Assembly: GCA_964016885.1 (NCBI GenBank)
Contig: OZ024749.1
Span: 22,196,001-22,260,000 of the forward strand
DNA: 64,000 bases
Reading direction: 5' to 3'
Origin: Eledone cirrhosa
Lineage: Eukaryota
This document shows, one piece after another, positions 28,880-42,955 of this stretch (its first letter is position 1; every line of letters begins with the position of its first letter). A model generated the notes under the pieces. That model saw only the letters and a program-made list of their open reading frames with translations, made no database searches and was not told the DNA's origin. A program made the translations under genes and the position numbers.

Positions 28880-31800
28880 ATGGCTGTACTCAGAATAGGC
28901 AGTATAAATGCACGTGGCCTGGGGTCATCTTGGAAGCAGGGTCACCTGCTCAAAGACCTCAGGTCACTAAACATAGATGTGGTGGCCATCAGTGAAACCA
29001 GAATCTCCGAGGCACGGGCCTTCGCACTGATCTTCGGCGGCTACGATGTATACGCATCTTCCAGCCGTCCAGGATCGGGGGGAGGGGTTGCCGTCCTTTT
29101 TCGGAGAGGCTTGGATCTCGCGATACGGGCCTTCTTCCTGGACCCAGAAGGTAAGTCGGTGGTGCTGGACGTGACCGGCAGCGAAGGCAATGCTTTCAGG
29201 CTAGTAGCCGTCTACGCCCCAACAGGGGCAGGACGGCCAGATTTCTTCAGACGTCTAGAGACCTTTCTTGGAACGTCCCGCTCTTTAGTGTTAGTGGGCG
29301 AGTGGAACGGTATCTTGGATGCACGCTGGGATCGTGTGGGGCTAGTGGATAGGGGAGGAGGGTGCAAGAGCCTCACCAATCTGCTCAGACGTTTTGAACT
29401 GTCTGACAGGTATCGACTGGATCACCCGAATGTGCCAATGTGGACATGGACAAACCGCATCGGGTCATCCAGATCGTATCTAGATAGGGTATTCTGCAGG
29501 GAACTAGATAAGGCTAGTATAAGTTGTCCACATTTAAAATAGTCGACTACACAGACCACACATTTGTGATCTGTGAGATCGACATAGACAAGGGCCTGGT
29601 TACTGGAAGCTGAACGCGTCTTTCCCGGCGCGCAAGGCCTACAGAGACCGGATTAGCGTATTAGTTAAGCGGGCGTTGACGGGAGCGGTCGTCAACAACA
29701 GGTGGTGGTTCGCCCTGAAAAGGGCAATTAAAGTAGAGTCGATTAGGTTTAGCAAAGGAGTAGTGATAGAGGAAAATAGAGTAGAGGGAGAGCTAGTCAG
29801 AAATCTAGAAGAGGCGTTTAGGACAGGCATCGCAACCGACGTGCTTGCGGCGAGATTGGCACTCGACCAATTCTTCAACGCAAAACACGAAGGCTGCGTT
29901 GTCAGAGCTAGAGCGCGTGCTCTGAAACACGTGGGGACAAAATCCGTCCAATGGGCCCGGGTGGCAGAGGCGCGACGTGGAAACAAATCCACAATTCGGT
30001 CTTTGCCTGACCAAAACGGGTGCGGGATGCTCGAACCCGAGCGGATGTGTGAAGCTTTTCAGCAACACTTTGCTGAACTGTTCGGGAGCGGCGGCGGCCC
30101 GGATCGGGGCATGGACTTCAGTGCATACCTCGACGGACTGCCTCGGCTCTCGACGACCGCAGCACAGTGTTGCGAAAAGCCAATAACAGCCGGTGAAATA
30201 CGGGAAGCGATGGCTGACTGCACAAGAGGTAAATCGCCAGGTTTAGATGGTCTGCCCTACGAGCTTTATGCATTTATGCCAGACTTGTTCGGTGACCTCT
30301 TGGCAGACGTCTACTGCAACTGGCAGCAGAACGGGAGCATTCCCAGTTTTGTGAGCCGGGGAGCAGTGGTGCTGCTGAGAAAAGACCCGAACAAGGAGGA
30401 TGTTATTGATAATTTCAGGCCCATAACCCTGCTAAACGCAGAATTCAAGATTTTGGCCAAGGTGTTAGCAACGAGGTTGGCGCTTGTCGTCAAGGGTCTG
30501 GTGGGAGAGGCGCAGACATGCGCCATTCCGGACAGATCCATACACGACAACCTCCACCTCATGCGATACATCATAGAGAGGGTGGTTAAGGAACCTGGCA
30601 AGGGTGGGGCCCTGATCAACTTGGATCAATCCAAAGCATTCGATAGGGTCGACCATCGGTACCTGGTGGCGGTCCTCGAGGCAGCCGGTTTGGGGCTCGT
30701 TTTCAGGCGTTGGATCGCAGCAATGTACAGCGACATCTGCTCAGTTGTGAGGGTGAACGGTCACCTGTCGCAGCCGTTCAGCATCATGCGCTCAGTCCGC
30801 CAGGGTTGTCCCCTCTCGTCCCTCTTGTACGTATTGGCTCTCGAGCCGTTACTGCACAAACTGGGTGCGATGAGGCGCGTCCCACGCGAACTAGGATGCG
30901 GGAAATCCGAGTCGGCTTACGCTCGGCACCGCTCTCAAGGAATACGAAGCGGTGACAGGAGCAAAGATAAACCAGGAAAAGTCGGTGGGCTTGCAGCTAG
31001 GCACCTGGAGAGGCAAGTCCATGCCGTCCGACAGCGTCGTGGGGCGTTGGACGGATGGACCGGTTAAATTGCTCGTGGTCTGGTTCGGACCGGACTTCCA
31101 GATGGAGAAAAACTGGAACGAGGTGACGAGCAGGGTGGCCTCCCTCACCCAGAAATGGGCTGAGAGGAAGCTGTCTCTGAAAGGCCGGGCGGAAGTGGCG
31201 AATGCGTACATCGCATCCGTCACCTGCTACCGCCCCACCGTCGTCCCTTGCTCCAGCCCAACTCTCACCAAAATGGAGCGCCTCCTCTTCCGCTTTTTGT
31301 GGAAAGGACGCGCTCCCATGGTCACACGATCTATCTGCTGTCAACACCCGTTGCGTGGAGGACTGGGCATGCCATAGCTGATGATGGGCAAACATGCGCT
31401 GAGGCTGCGACATCTCTGGTGCTTCCTTGATGGTGAACGTGTGTGGTCGCCGTTCGCCAGGCACATTTTCCCACAGCTCGTCTCCTTGACGGAGCTGCAG
31501 TCCTGGGTCAGAAAAAGACCGAAGAATAGCGCTTGGAAACTGGAATGTCTCCAGGCGCTCACTGCCCTTTCCCAGTTGGGCACCAGTATTGGTGGAACAT
31601 CCACCTCGGCGTTCTATAGAGGACTAGTGGAGGGGAAGAGCGACGACATTCTCGGAGAGATCCTGGGCGTCGAAGAAGATCAGCTGTTTGCTCTCTTCCG
31701 AAGAACTTTCAGCCCGGAGCCTATGGATAACTTCCAAAAATCCCTGGCCTGGCAGTGCTACCGGGGAGCGCTGCCGGTTCGAGATAAGCTCTACAGGCAC

Positions 31801-32238
31801 GGAAGTGCCGTCAGCCGAGCCTGTCCGAGATGCGCGCATAGCGACGAAACCGTTGTGCACGCACTCGTTCAGTGCTCGAGCATTGCTGACTTGTGGAGCT
31901 ATGTCGAACAGTTGCTGTCGCGTGTGGGACTGATCCGGTTGTCGACTGAGTCCATTGTGCAGATGGTCTCGCCGTCTTCCTTCGAGGAGGAAGGGCAGGC
32001 GGTTTTCATCTGCCTGGTGGTCATGGCGAAAGAGATTGTGTGGTGGACAAGGTTAAAAGGATTAAAGACAAACACTTTCCTCTTCGGCGAATCCCTAATT
32101 AACTTTTTCAAGTTTCACTTGAAGAGGTAAATCAGGGTGGAGAGGCAAGTGCTGCTTTCTAGCAAGTTTGTTGAAAGGTAGGTGAATGTAGCGAGAATGG
32201 TCCGAGTGAATTGGACCGCTCTGAATATACGTCTGTAG
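28880..32238 (+). pseudogene. Tx1 ORF2: APE endonuclease, reverse transcriptase and C-terminal zinc finger; multiple stops, frameshifts and deletions
   Basis: IGSINARGL, ISETR, VYAP, SYLDR; GKSPGLDGLP, FRPITLLN, LDQSKAFDRVDH, VRQGCPLS; CPRC...ETVVHALVQC; the YADD aspartates are deleted at ~30925. Confidence 0.92.
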
Positions 32239-32688
32239 TTTGAGGGATGGAAAAATTGAGAGAGGGCGCTTGCCCTGGTAGTCAGGGTGGCCGTGGTCTT
32301 TTGTGTGGTTTTCGCCACGAGTAACCCTCGGAGGTTTCCCCCCTATTGGGGAATTTTTCATTGTTTCAATTTTCATTTTATTGTTTATATATAATGCTTT
32401 ATGTCTTTTTTTTTTCTTTTCTTATATAAATAATAAAACATATTTACACGCACAAAACCCACATCGTACCGTCCTGTTCCGTCTGTGATGTTTTTCTTGA
32501 TGTCAGCCCTTGTGGCCAATAAAGAAATCATTATTACTATTATCATTATTATTATCATTATTACTGTTATTACAACAGTAATTAAAAAGGAAAACTTGGG
32601 TAAAACGGCTTATAAACTAACTTCCGATTAACTCAAGGCAAATTTATTTTAATCTTTTAATATTCCATCGTGATTTACAAGAAATGCC

Positions 32689-32750
<62 letters not shown>

Positions 32751-33638
32751 ATCTCCTTGTCTCTCTCTCTGTCTCTCTCTATCGCCCTCTCTCTCTCAAT
32801 TCCCCCAATTCTCTCAGTCTCTATCGTTCACTCCATCTCTCCCTCCATCACCATTTCTCTCGGTTTCTCTTTGTCGCTCCCCCTCTCTCCACACACCGTC
32901 ATCACTCTCTAAATCTCTTATCACATATGAAGAAAAACAAACTTGTTATATTTTTAATGGTTTATTAATTATTTTTTTGGGGAAAATGAAAAGATTTTAC
33001 ACATCGCGTCTGAAGAAGAATTATAAGAGCTGAAAGAACACACACACACACACGCACTCACACACACACACACACACACACAGACACACAGACACGCACA
33101 AAAACGATATCATATAAGGTAACATAATACAATATATAATATAATATGATATAATATATGTTATATGATATTAATATATAATATAACATAAAATAATATA
33201 TAATAATACAATAATATAATATAATATAATATAATAAAATATAATATAATATAATATAATATAATATAATATAATATAATATAATACATATAATAAATCT
33301 AAAGTTGCCGCTAACTACAAAAGTACGAACTCCGAACCAGTTTCTTATTGTGCTCCTTTGAAAAAGGGTTTTTACACCCGAAATATTAAGACAGGTAAAT
33401 AAAACAACAGATGTCACACCGACAACTTTGTTGGCTTCAGTTTATTCCAAAATCTACCGTCGTCCATTTTGCATTGTTGTAGCCTTCGAATAACAATACT
33501 TTATACATTAACACAATACTTCAAGCAAACTACAACGCAATCATATATATATGTATATGTATATATATGTAATATGAAGAGAGTCAGGACCCCGACGGCT
33601 GAGCTCCGGTCGTTTCGACATTACATCCGAACATCCAG

Positions 33639-33730
<92 letters not shown>

Positions 33731-33837
33731 GTATATATGTATAAGTGGTATTTTCCAGGGATAATTTGAACCGTTAAGGTATATAATAGAATAAATATGG
33801 TTTTATATATATAGTTTCCATTTATTTAATATCAATT

Positions 33838-33912
<75 letters not shown>

Positions 33913-33915
<3 letters not shown>

Positions 33916-34106
33916 GTGGTTACACAACAGTTAGTTCACCATACCATGTCGTCCTTCCTGTTACTATAACCATGCCCATTCCCAGCTGAATATTCGCCAA
34001 GGTGAAACAATTTTTCTCGGTATGGTGAACTAACTGTTGTGTAACTCCTACCTAACTCGTCCCTTGGACTGAGTGCTCTACCACTATATTACCTTCCAGT
34101 GTTCCA

Positions 34107-34110
<4 letters not shown>
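33913..34110 (+). mobile_element. Short pLTR-like remnant with 27-bp inverted repeat and a decayed HHR-like core
   Basis: Arms 33919-33945 and 34019-34045; ctgaata..cc-aa-gg-t-GAAA-caatt between them; (TA)n flanks. Confidence 0.6.
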
Positions 34111-34142
<32 letters not shown>

Positions 34143-34151
<9 letters not shown>

Positions 34152-34716
34152 CGTAAAATAAGAAAATTATAGTAATTAACTCACTTACTTAAATTTCACT
34201 CCAACTAATTAGTTTCTGAAAGAGGATATACATAGTCTCCAAATGGAGGCCATGGAGAATCCTTTCTTCATCAGGGAGTCATTCTCGGCTAAGATTCCTG
34301 GCGATTCGCAGATACAGGGATCGAATACAAAAATAATTCAGTGGATGGAAAAAAGCTAGCGTGGACTAAATCCCAAGCCATTGAAAACTTCACCGCCTTC
34401 CTGGTCAGTGGCAAATTCAAAAGAATCAATCACGTGACATCGAGGTTAATCAGTGAGGAGTGGGTGTTAAAAAGACAGTAGTCAGGCTTAATACTATGAA
34501 CCATAGTAGTAATTTAGGCAAATTTTGCTCAACAAAATAATTTGGAGATAATTATAAAAAATTAGTATATTTACCAACATATTTATACAGATGTATACTT
34601 ACGCTAGCAAAGATATAGGTTTTGTCTTAGTAACTTTGTGGTTCAATACAAAGAGATGTAGAACAATTATATAAAAGACGTAAAATAAGAAAATTATAGT
34701 AATCAACTAACTTACT

Positions 34717-34720
<4 letters not shown>
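34143..34720 (-). mobile_element. Divergent family A element, 1.1 monomer (~527 bp plus ~50-bp terminal direct repeat)
   Basis: tataaaagacgtaaaataagaaaattatagtaat at ~34143 and ~34669; colinear with the 15-16.6 kb monomer. Confidence 0.85.
34198..34279 (-). ncRNA. Hammerhead ribozyme, family A divergent copy
   Basis: actcc-CTGATGA-a-gaaagg...tctttc-a-GAAA-ctaattag-TT-ggagt; stems I and II covary relative to the 15-16 kb copies. Confidence 0.82.
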
Positions 34721-34764
<44 letters not shown>

Positions 34765-35283
34765 ACAGTATGGTTATATATTTTACAGGGTCGATCATAT
34801 TGAAATATTGTCTGATCTATAGCAGTTATGTAACTGTATACTATCAGACTTCATATATAGGTTCGATCAGACCTTCCTCTTCGTAAACTATTGGTTTCTT
34901 GCTCTATTTTTTAATTCATATGTATTACATTCGCAACAACGCAGCACGCCATCTTTCATTCCTATATTTTTTCCCCTCGCAGTGACCTTACTGCTATCCT
35001 CTTTCTCTCTGCCCCTTCTCTCTCCTTGTACCTCTTACTTTCATTCCCCCCCTCTCTGCTGGTCACCCTCTCTTGGCTGGACTCTTCCTCACACTTTCAC
35101 TCACTCACTCTCTGTTACTCCCCCTCCCTCACTTCCTCCCGTCTGACCTGTGTGAAATCCTTTTCTCGCTTACATTTCGCAGGGTTCGGACGCGTCCTTC
35201 GGCTTCTCGTTATTGATTTGCTAGAACTTAAGTTCACATGTATCACTGACTTGTTTTCTTATTTTGCTCTCTTTACGTTGCCT

Positions 35284-36189
<906 letters not shown>

Positions 36190-36543
36190 CATATATATAT
36201 AACTCCATATACACTTGCTGTCATGCTTGATGATATCCAGATAACTACAGAAACCAAAATAATTATATAACAAATAATGATACTTCCTTGTTATCAATTT
36301 GCTGAGAGTTGAGTTTTTTTCCATAATTTCATTTGCTATACATTGAATGACACCTATCGGAAAACAAATTACAATTTGACAGCACTTCTTCATCTTTTAG
36401 CCATTTTCTCTCTCTGTCAGTCGTAGCTTTACTATCTGTCTTTCTTTTTCATACAAGGATTCTCATTCTCGACCAGTCAAATTATATATCTATCTCCTTC
36501 TCTCTTTCCCTTGTTTTCTCTCTCACTACCCCCTCTCTCTCTC

Positions 36544-36586
<43 letters not shown>

Positions 36587-36714
36587 TAGACTGTATTAAC
36601 TATACTAAGATATATATATAGCACCTCAGAGCATGAACAAACCACTTTTTATATATATACAACAACAGAAGACTGGACTGGAAAATTTACTTTAGAAATT
36701 TAATCCCACGAATG

Positions 36715-36785
36715 CACTATACATATTTCGATGGCCGAGCCCTATCATCCGATTATGATGTAAGACTAGACGATTTCATCAGGTG
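36715..36785 (-). ncRNA. Hammerhead ribozyme with long imperfect stem II
   Basis: cac-CTGATGA-..agtctta..tagggct..-GAAA-tatgta-TA-gtg. Confidence 0.6.
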
Positions 36786-37448
36786 TTATTTGCAGAATTT
36801 TCTAATAGTGAGCCCAAACAGAGAATATAAGAGAGAAGATACAAATAAATCGAAAATAGAAAATAGACCCATAAAAAAGACCAATTCGATTCGGGGACTG
36901 CCTGTTAATTTGGTGTTATATCGATAGCAGGCGTATGTGTTTGTGTGTGTATATAATATATATATATGTATGTGAGTGTGTGGCGTGTGTTTGTGTATGT
37001 AAGTGTATGTGAGTGTATGTGAGTGTGTATGGTGTGTGTGTGTGAGCGTGCGTGTGTGTGTGTTTGTGTGTTTGAGTCTGTGTGTATCAAGAATAAGAAA
37101 AGTCGAGTAATTATAAATAAAGCTTATATTTATGTATGGCTCGTACACACGAAAACTCCATTGCAACCAATGTCAAACATCAAGCAGCCATTTAAACACA
37201 GATTCCCTTAATGATACGAGTAATAAATATAACATGCACTTATGCAGACCTGTTTGCTCATGAAACCATGAGTTGCAATGGAAATTTGGGTTTATGAAGT
37301 TGTGGTAGTGGTATTGGTGTTGCTGTTACTGATGGTAGTTGTGCTGGTACACATTAATATAGTGGTAGTGGTGGCGTGGGGCATGCTTAGATAGGTTCTA
37401 AGCTTGTGAATTCTTCCACAAAATTGTGTGGGGTTGTGTGAGTGTGTT

Positions 37449-37508
<60 letters not shown>

Positions 37509-38009
37509 TGTGTTTGTGTATGTGTGTATCTTTGTGTGTGTATGTGTGTGTGTATATGCGTGCGTTTGAGGTCTGTGTGCTTGTGCGTGTGTATATGTTT
37601 TTCTGTGTATGAGTATGTTTGTATATGTGTCTGTGTTTGTTTGTGTATGTGTGTGTGTGTGCATGCATGTATATGTGCTTATGTGTATGTATGTGAATGC
37701 GTATATATGTGCCTGGGCCTGTATCTGTTGTGTGTTTGTGTATGCATGTGTGTATGTGTATGCACGTGTGTGTATGCGTATGCACGTGTGTGTGTGTGTG
37801 TGTGGGTGGGTGGGGTTGATATGTGTATGCACGTGTGTGCGTTTATGTTTGTCTGTATGTGTATGTGTGTGTGTTTATCGAGACCAGTGAACACATTTCT
37901 ATGCGTGAAGAAAAGGAGGACCAAGGATTACGAGGACAACAATTGGTAATTTTACGGAGAGTGACTCTTTTGAATTGTTCCGCTTGACTGAATATCTGGA
38001 CACAATGAT

Positions 38010-40470
38010 TAATTTTTACACAACAACAACAATACCAACAATAACAACACTACCATCATCACAACTAACAACATCAACATCAGCAGCAGCAACATCACCA
38101 CCACCACCACCTCTACCAATAACAACTCTACCAGCAGCAGCACCATCGACACCACCACTACCACCACTACCACCACCACCACCACCAATAACAACAATAA
38201 CAACAACGATGACAACACTACCATCACCACAACCAATAACAACAACATCAGCAACAGCACAATCACCACCACCACCACCATCACCACCACTACCACCACC
38301 ACCACCACCATCACCATCACCACCACCATCACCACCACACCACCGCCACCACCATCACCATCACCACCACCATCACGGCCATCACCCCCCCCCCCCCCCC
38401 CCCCCCCACCACCACCACCACCACAACCAACACCACCACCACCAGCACCACCACCACCATCAGCACCACAATCACCACTATCACCACCACCACCACCAAA
38501 ACCACCACCACCATCACCACCACAACCAACACCACCACCACCATCACCATCACCACCACCAACATCACAACCACCATCACCACCATCACCACCACCACCA
38601 CCACCACCACCACCATCACCACCACAACCAACACCACCACCACCATCACCATCACCACCATCACCACCACCAACATCACAACCACCATCACCACCATCAC
38701 CACCACCACCACCACCACCACCAGCACCAGCACCACCACCATCACCACCACCACAACCAACACCACCATCACCACCATCACCACCAACATCACCACCACC
38801 ATCACCACCATCACCACCACCACCACCACCAACACCACAACCAACACCACCACCACCACCATCACCACCATCACCACCACCATCACCACCACCACCAACA
38901 ACACCACCACCACAACCACCACCACCACCACCACGACCATCACCACCATCACCACCACCACCACCAACACCACAACCAACACCACCACCACAACCAACAC
39001 CACCACCACCACCATCACCACCATCACCACCACCATCACCACCACCACCACCACCAACAACACAACCAACATCACCACCACCACCACCACCATCACCACC
39101 ATCACCACCACCAACACCAACACCATAACCAACACCACCACCACCACTACCATCACCACCACCACCACCATCACCATCACCACCACCACCATAACCACCA
39201 CTACTACCACCACCACCACCATCACCATCACCACCACCATCACCACCACCACCACCACCACCGTCACCACCACTACCACCACCACCACCACCACCATCAC
39301 CATCACCCCACCATCACCACCACCACCACCATCACCACCACCACCACCATCACCACCACCACCACTACCACCACCACCACCATCACCACCACCACCACCA
39401 CCACCACAACCACCACCACCACCACCATCACCACCACTACCACCACCACCACCACTACCATCACCATCACCACCACCACCACCACCACCATCACCACCAT
39501 CATCACCACCACCACCACCACCACCACCGTCACCACCACTACCACCACCACCACCACCACCATCACCATCACCCCACCATCACCACCACCACCACCATCA
39601 CCACCACCACCACCATCACCACCACCACCACTACCACCACCACCACCATCACCACCACCACCACCACCACCACAACCACCACCACCACCACCATCACCAC
39701 CACTACCACCACCACCACCACTACCATCACCATCACCACCACCACCACCACCACCATCACCACCATCATCACCACCACCACCATCATCACCACCACCACC
39801 ACAACCACCACCACCACCACCATCACCACCACTACCACCACCACCACCACTACCATCACCATCACCACCACCACCACCACCACCATCACCACCATCATCA
39901 CCACCACTACCACCAACACCACCATCACCACCATCACCACCACCACCACCAACACCACAACCAACACCACCACCACCACCACCATCACCACCACCACCAC
40001 CACCATCACCACCACCACCACCACCACCACCACCACCACCACCATCACCATCACCACCACCACCATCACCACCGTCACCACCATCATCACCACCACCACC
40101 ATCATCACCACCACCACCACCACCACCACCATCACCACCACCATCACCATCACCACCACCATCACCACCATCACCACCACCACCACCATCACCACCACTA
40201 CCACCACCACCACCACCACCACCACCACCATCATCACCACCACCATCGACACCATCCCCACCACAACCACCACCAACAACATCAACACCACCACCACCAC
40301 CACCACCACCAGCAACAACAACAATAACACCACCTCCACCACCACCACCACAGCCAATAACAACACTACTAGCACCACAACAAACAACAACAACAACAAC
40401 AAAACACCACCATCATTACAACCAATAACGAAAACAAGAACATCAACAACAACAACAGCAACGACACCAC
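38010..40470. repeat. ~2.4-kb (CAC/CAT/CAA)n trinucleotide array with internal ~266-bp duplication
   Basis: The 817-aa 'ORF' switches between poly-P, poly-H and poly-T as the phase shifts, so it is not a gene. Confidence 0.92.
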
Positions 40471-40475
40471 GACTA

Positions 40476-40870
40476 CTCCAGTATTTAACTGGTACTTGAT
40501 AGTTACCTGCCCCAGGAGGGATAACATACATAGCTGATCTTGGTTGTTACATCGGCACCAGTATTTAACTGGTACTTGATAGTTACTTGTCCCAGGAGGG
40601 ATAAAATACATAGCTGACCTTGGTTGTTACATCGGCTCCAGTATTTAACTGGTACTTGATAGTTACTTGTCCCAGGAGGGATAAAATACATAGCTGACCT
40701 TGGTTGTATTTGAACTCAGAACGTGACAACCCAGAAGAAATACCGTAAACTATTTTCTAAGTTCATCCCCCGACTCTCTAACGATCCTAGCAGTATTATC
40801 GACAGAGATGAAGGTGGTGCCCCAGTATGGCCTCAGCCTCATGCCTGGAACCAGTAAAAGAATAAAAGAA
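40476..40870. repeat. 3 x 80-bp tandem amplification of a SINE core (minus strand) plus SINE head and tail remnants
   Basis: ccagtatttaactggtacttgatagttac at ~40478, ~40558 and ~40638, then atttgaactc (reverse B box). Confidence 0.75.
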
Positions 40871-41139
40871 GATGAAATGGGATATAAGCAATATTCCTTG
40901 TCGAATCTCTTTGATGTATGTGGTAGGATATTTCAAAGAACTCACTAAATGTTAGGGGTTTCGCTCTTTGGGAAACCAGAGAAAATTTTATTAAAGGACC
41001 AGTTCTGAATGATTTCCACAGAGGTCAGAGTTGAGGTATTGGATGGCCCGGATGTAAAGCAAAGGGTAGCATTCGGGTGGCGTAAGTGTGGCGTAAGGAT
41101 GGCGTTAACGATGGCATGAGGGCGATATAAGTGCGAGAT

Positions 41140-41505
41140 ACGGGTGGTGTAAAGGTGGCGAAAGAGTGGCGGCGGTGGGAGTGATTTCATGCAGGATTTG
41201 AGGAAATGGATGGCGTGAGGGAGATGTAATGGTGGTGTAAAGGTGTTGTGAGGGTGGGGGCGATGATTTCATGCAGGATTTGAGGAAACGGGTGGCGTGT
41301 GGGTGAGATAAGTTTGGTGTAAAGGTGATGTGAGGGTGGCGGCGGTGGTGATTTCATGCTGGATTTGAAGAAACGGGTGGTGTGTAGGTGAGATAGGTGT
41401 GATGTAATGGTGGTATGAGCGTGGTGTGTAGGTGAGATAGGTGTGATGTAAAGGTGGTATGAGGGTGGCGGCAGAGATGATTTCATGCTGGATTTGAGGA
41501 AATGG
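41140..41505. repeat. GT-rich ~83-bp minisatellite (4 units)
   Basis: gatttcatgc(a/t)ggatttga(g/a)gaaa at ~41183, ~41265, ~41350 and ~41479. Confidence 0.75.
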
Positions 41506-42130
41506 ACTTTGATAAAGGTATTGAAGTCTATATATATGTTTGTGTGTGTATGTGTGAGCGTGTGTGTTTGTATGGATGTATGTATACACGTGTATGTAGA
41601 TGTGTGTGTATTAAAGCAGGTGCGTATATACTGATGTGTATGTGCATGTAGGTTTTTTGGTATCAAAGGGCTCGTGTGTATGTGAATGTGTGTGTATAGA
41701 TCGTTGGGCACTGCAACGTGTGTGTTTGTATGTATATACATGTGTGTAATAAAGCGTGTATGTATGTGTAAGTAGATCGTTGAGTATTAAAATGTGTGTG
41801 TCTGTGTATGTATGTAGGTACATGTGTTGCAGTAGTGGTGGTGGCGGAGATGGTGTTAAGGAAGGGTTGTAAGTCGTGAACAACACGGATCTGCGCTTGG
41901 GAAGTTCATTTCCAATGTGCAGGCCTGCGTTTTGTGGAAGACCAGCAGTCCACCCACATTATATTCACACGTATGTCCCCTCCTAGGAGGGCATCTGACA
42001 GATACGGGGTTCGATTCCTAGCGGCTCTGTCCCCTTTTTTCCATCTCCAAGGTATAATATTATCAGATATTATAACAATTATTTGTAGCGTTTGACTATT
42101 AATATAGTTATTATACCTCTGCGTTGGGAG

Positions 42131-42188
<58 letters not shown>

Positions 42189-42442
42189 TTTAAACTCAAA
42201 AAGTCATTTACAATTAATTAGCTCAAAGAAAGAAGCATTTCTGAGCCGTGAAATACAAGTTAATATAAATTAATATATGATAAACACATAAGTGTTTGTA
42301 TTGCAAAATACGAAGTTAGCTAGAATGAAATAAACTAATTAAAATAAATATAGTTTGTCTGTCTCGATATAAATCAATAAAAACAAACCTATATTGGCAA
42401 AAGCCGTGATTCCTGAACAAATTTAAATTTCAAAATCCAAAC

Positions 42443-42530
<88 letters not shown>

Positions 42531-42711
42531 GAAAAATTGAACGGGAACAAAACAGAGAGGCAGTACAAACAAATGTTTATTAATTTCACGCTCTTGAGAG
42601 TGTAGTAAGATACCAGCGGGTGTAGTAAGATACCAGGTGGACAATAACATACCAGAGTGCTCAACACTTGGGGTTGTAGAGTTGATAATAGGAAAAGAAT
42701 CAGGACCTTTT

Positions 42712-42788
<77 letters not shown>

Positions 42789-42837
42789 AAATAAAGTTAA
42801 ATAAAAGTCAAATGATTAAAATTTAGCTTCGTTTATT

Positions 42838-42892
42838 ACTGCTATATATATTTCAGTGACAGCCATCTTTGACTGTGACCTCTTCAGGCAGT
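42838..42892 (-). ncRNA. Hammerhead ribozyme in inverted pLTR
   Basis: actgc-CTGAAGA-ggtcacag..ctgtcact-GAAA-tatata-TA-gcagt. Confidence 0.85.
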
Positions 42893-42955
42893 TTGAATTA
42901 GTATGGTATAGACAAGTACATATGTTGTTTAGGTGTATGATATTGTCAATACTCT

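Larger units (their letters stand above)
26650..32530 (+). mobile_element. Full-length decayed Tx1-clade (L1 group) non-LTR retrotransposon
   Basis: ORF1 with zinc knuckle, ORF2 with APE-RT-zinc finger, and a 3' UTR ending aataaagaaat-(ATT)n. Confidence 0.92.

Noticed and set aside
37975-40428. 817-aa Pro/His/Thr-rich ORF
   Set aside because: Translation of a (CAC)n microsatellite; composition changes with repeat phase, it has a non-ATG start and no domain.
41877-42055. GC-balanced island with a ggttcgattcc B-box-like motif and a possible splice donor
   Set aside because: No tRNA cloverleaf or A box, no recognisable protein in any frame and no clear acceptor.
42856-42955. N-terminus of the 427-aa ORF as genuine protein
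   Set aside because: It is the inverted pLTR read through by chance; RT homology starts at ~42956.
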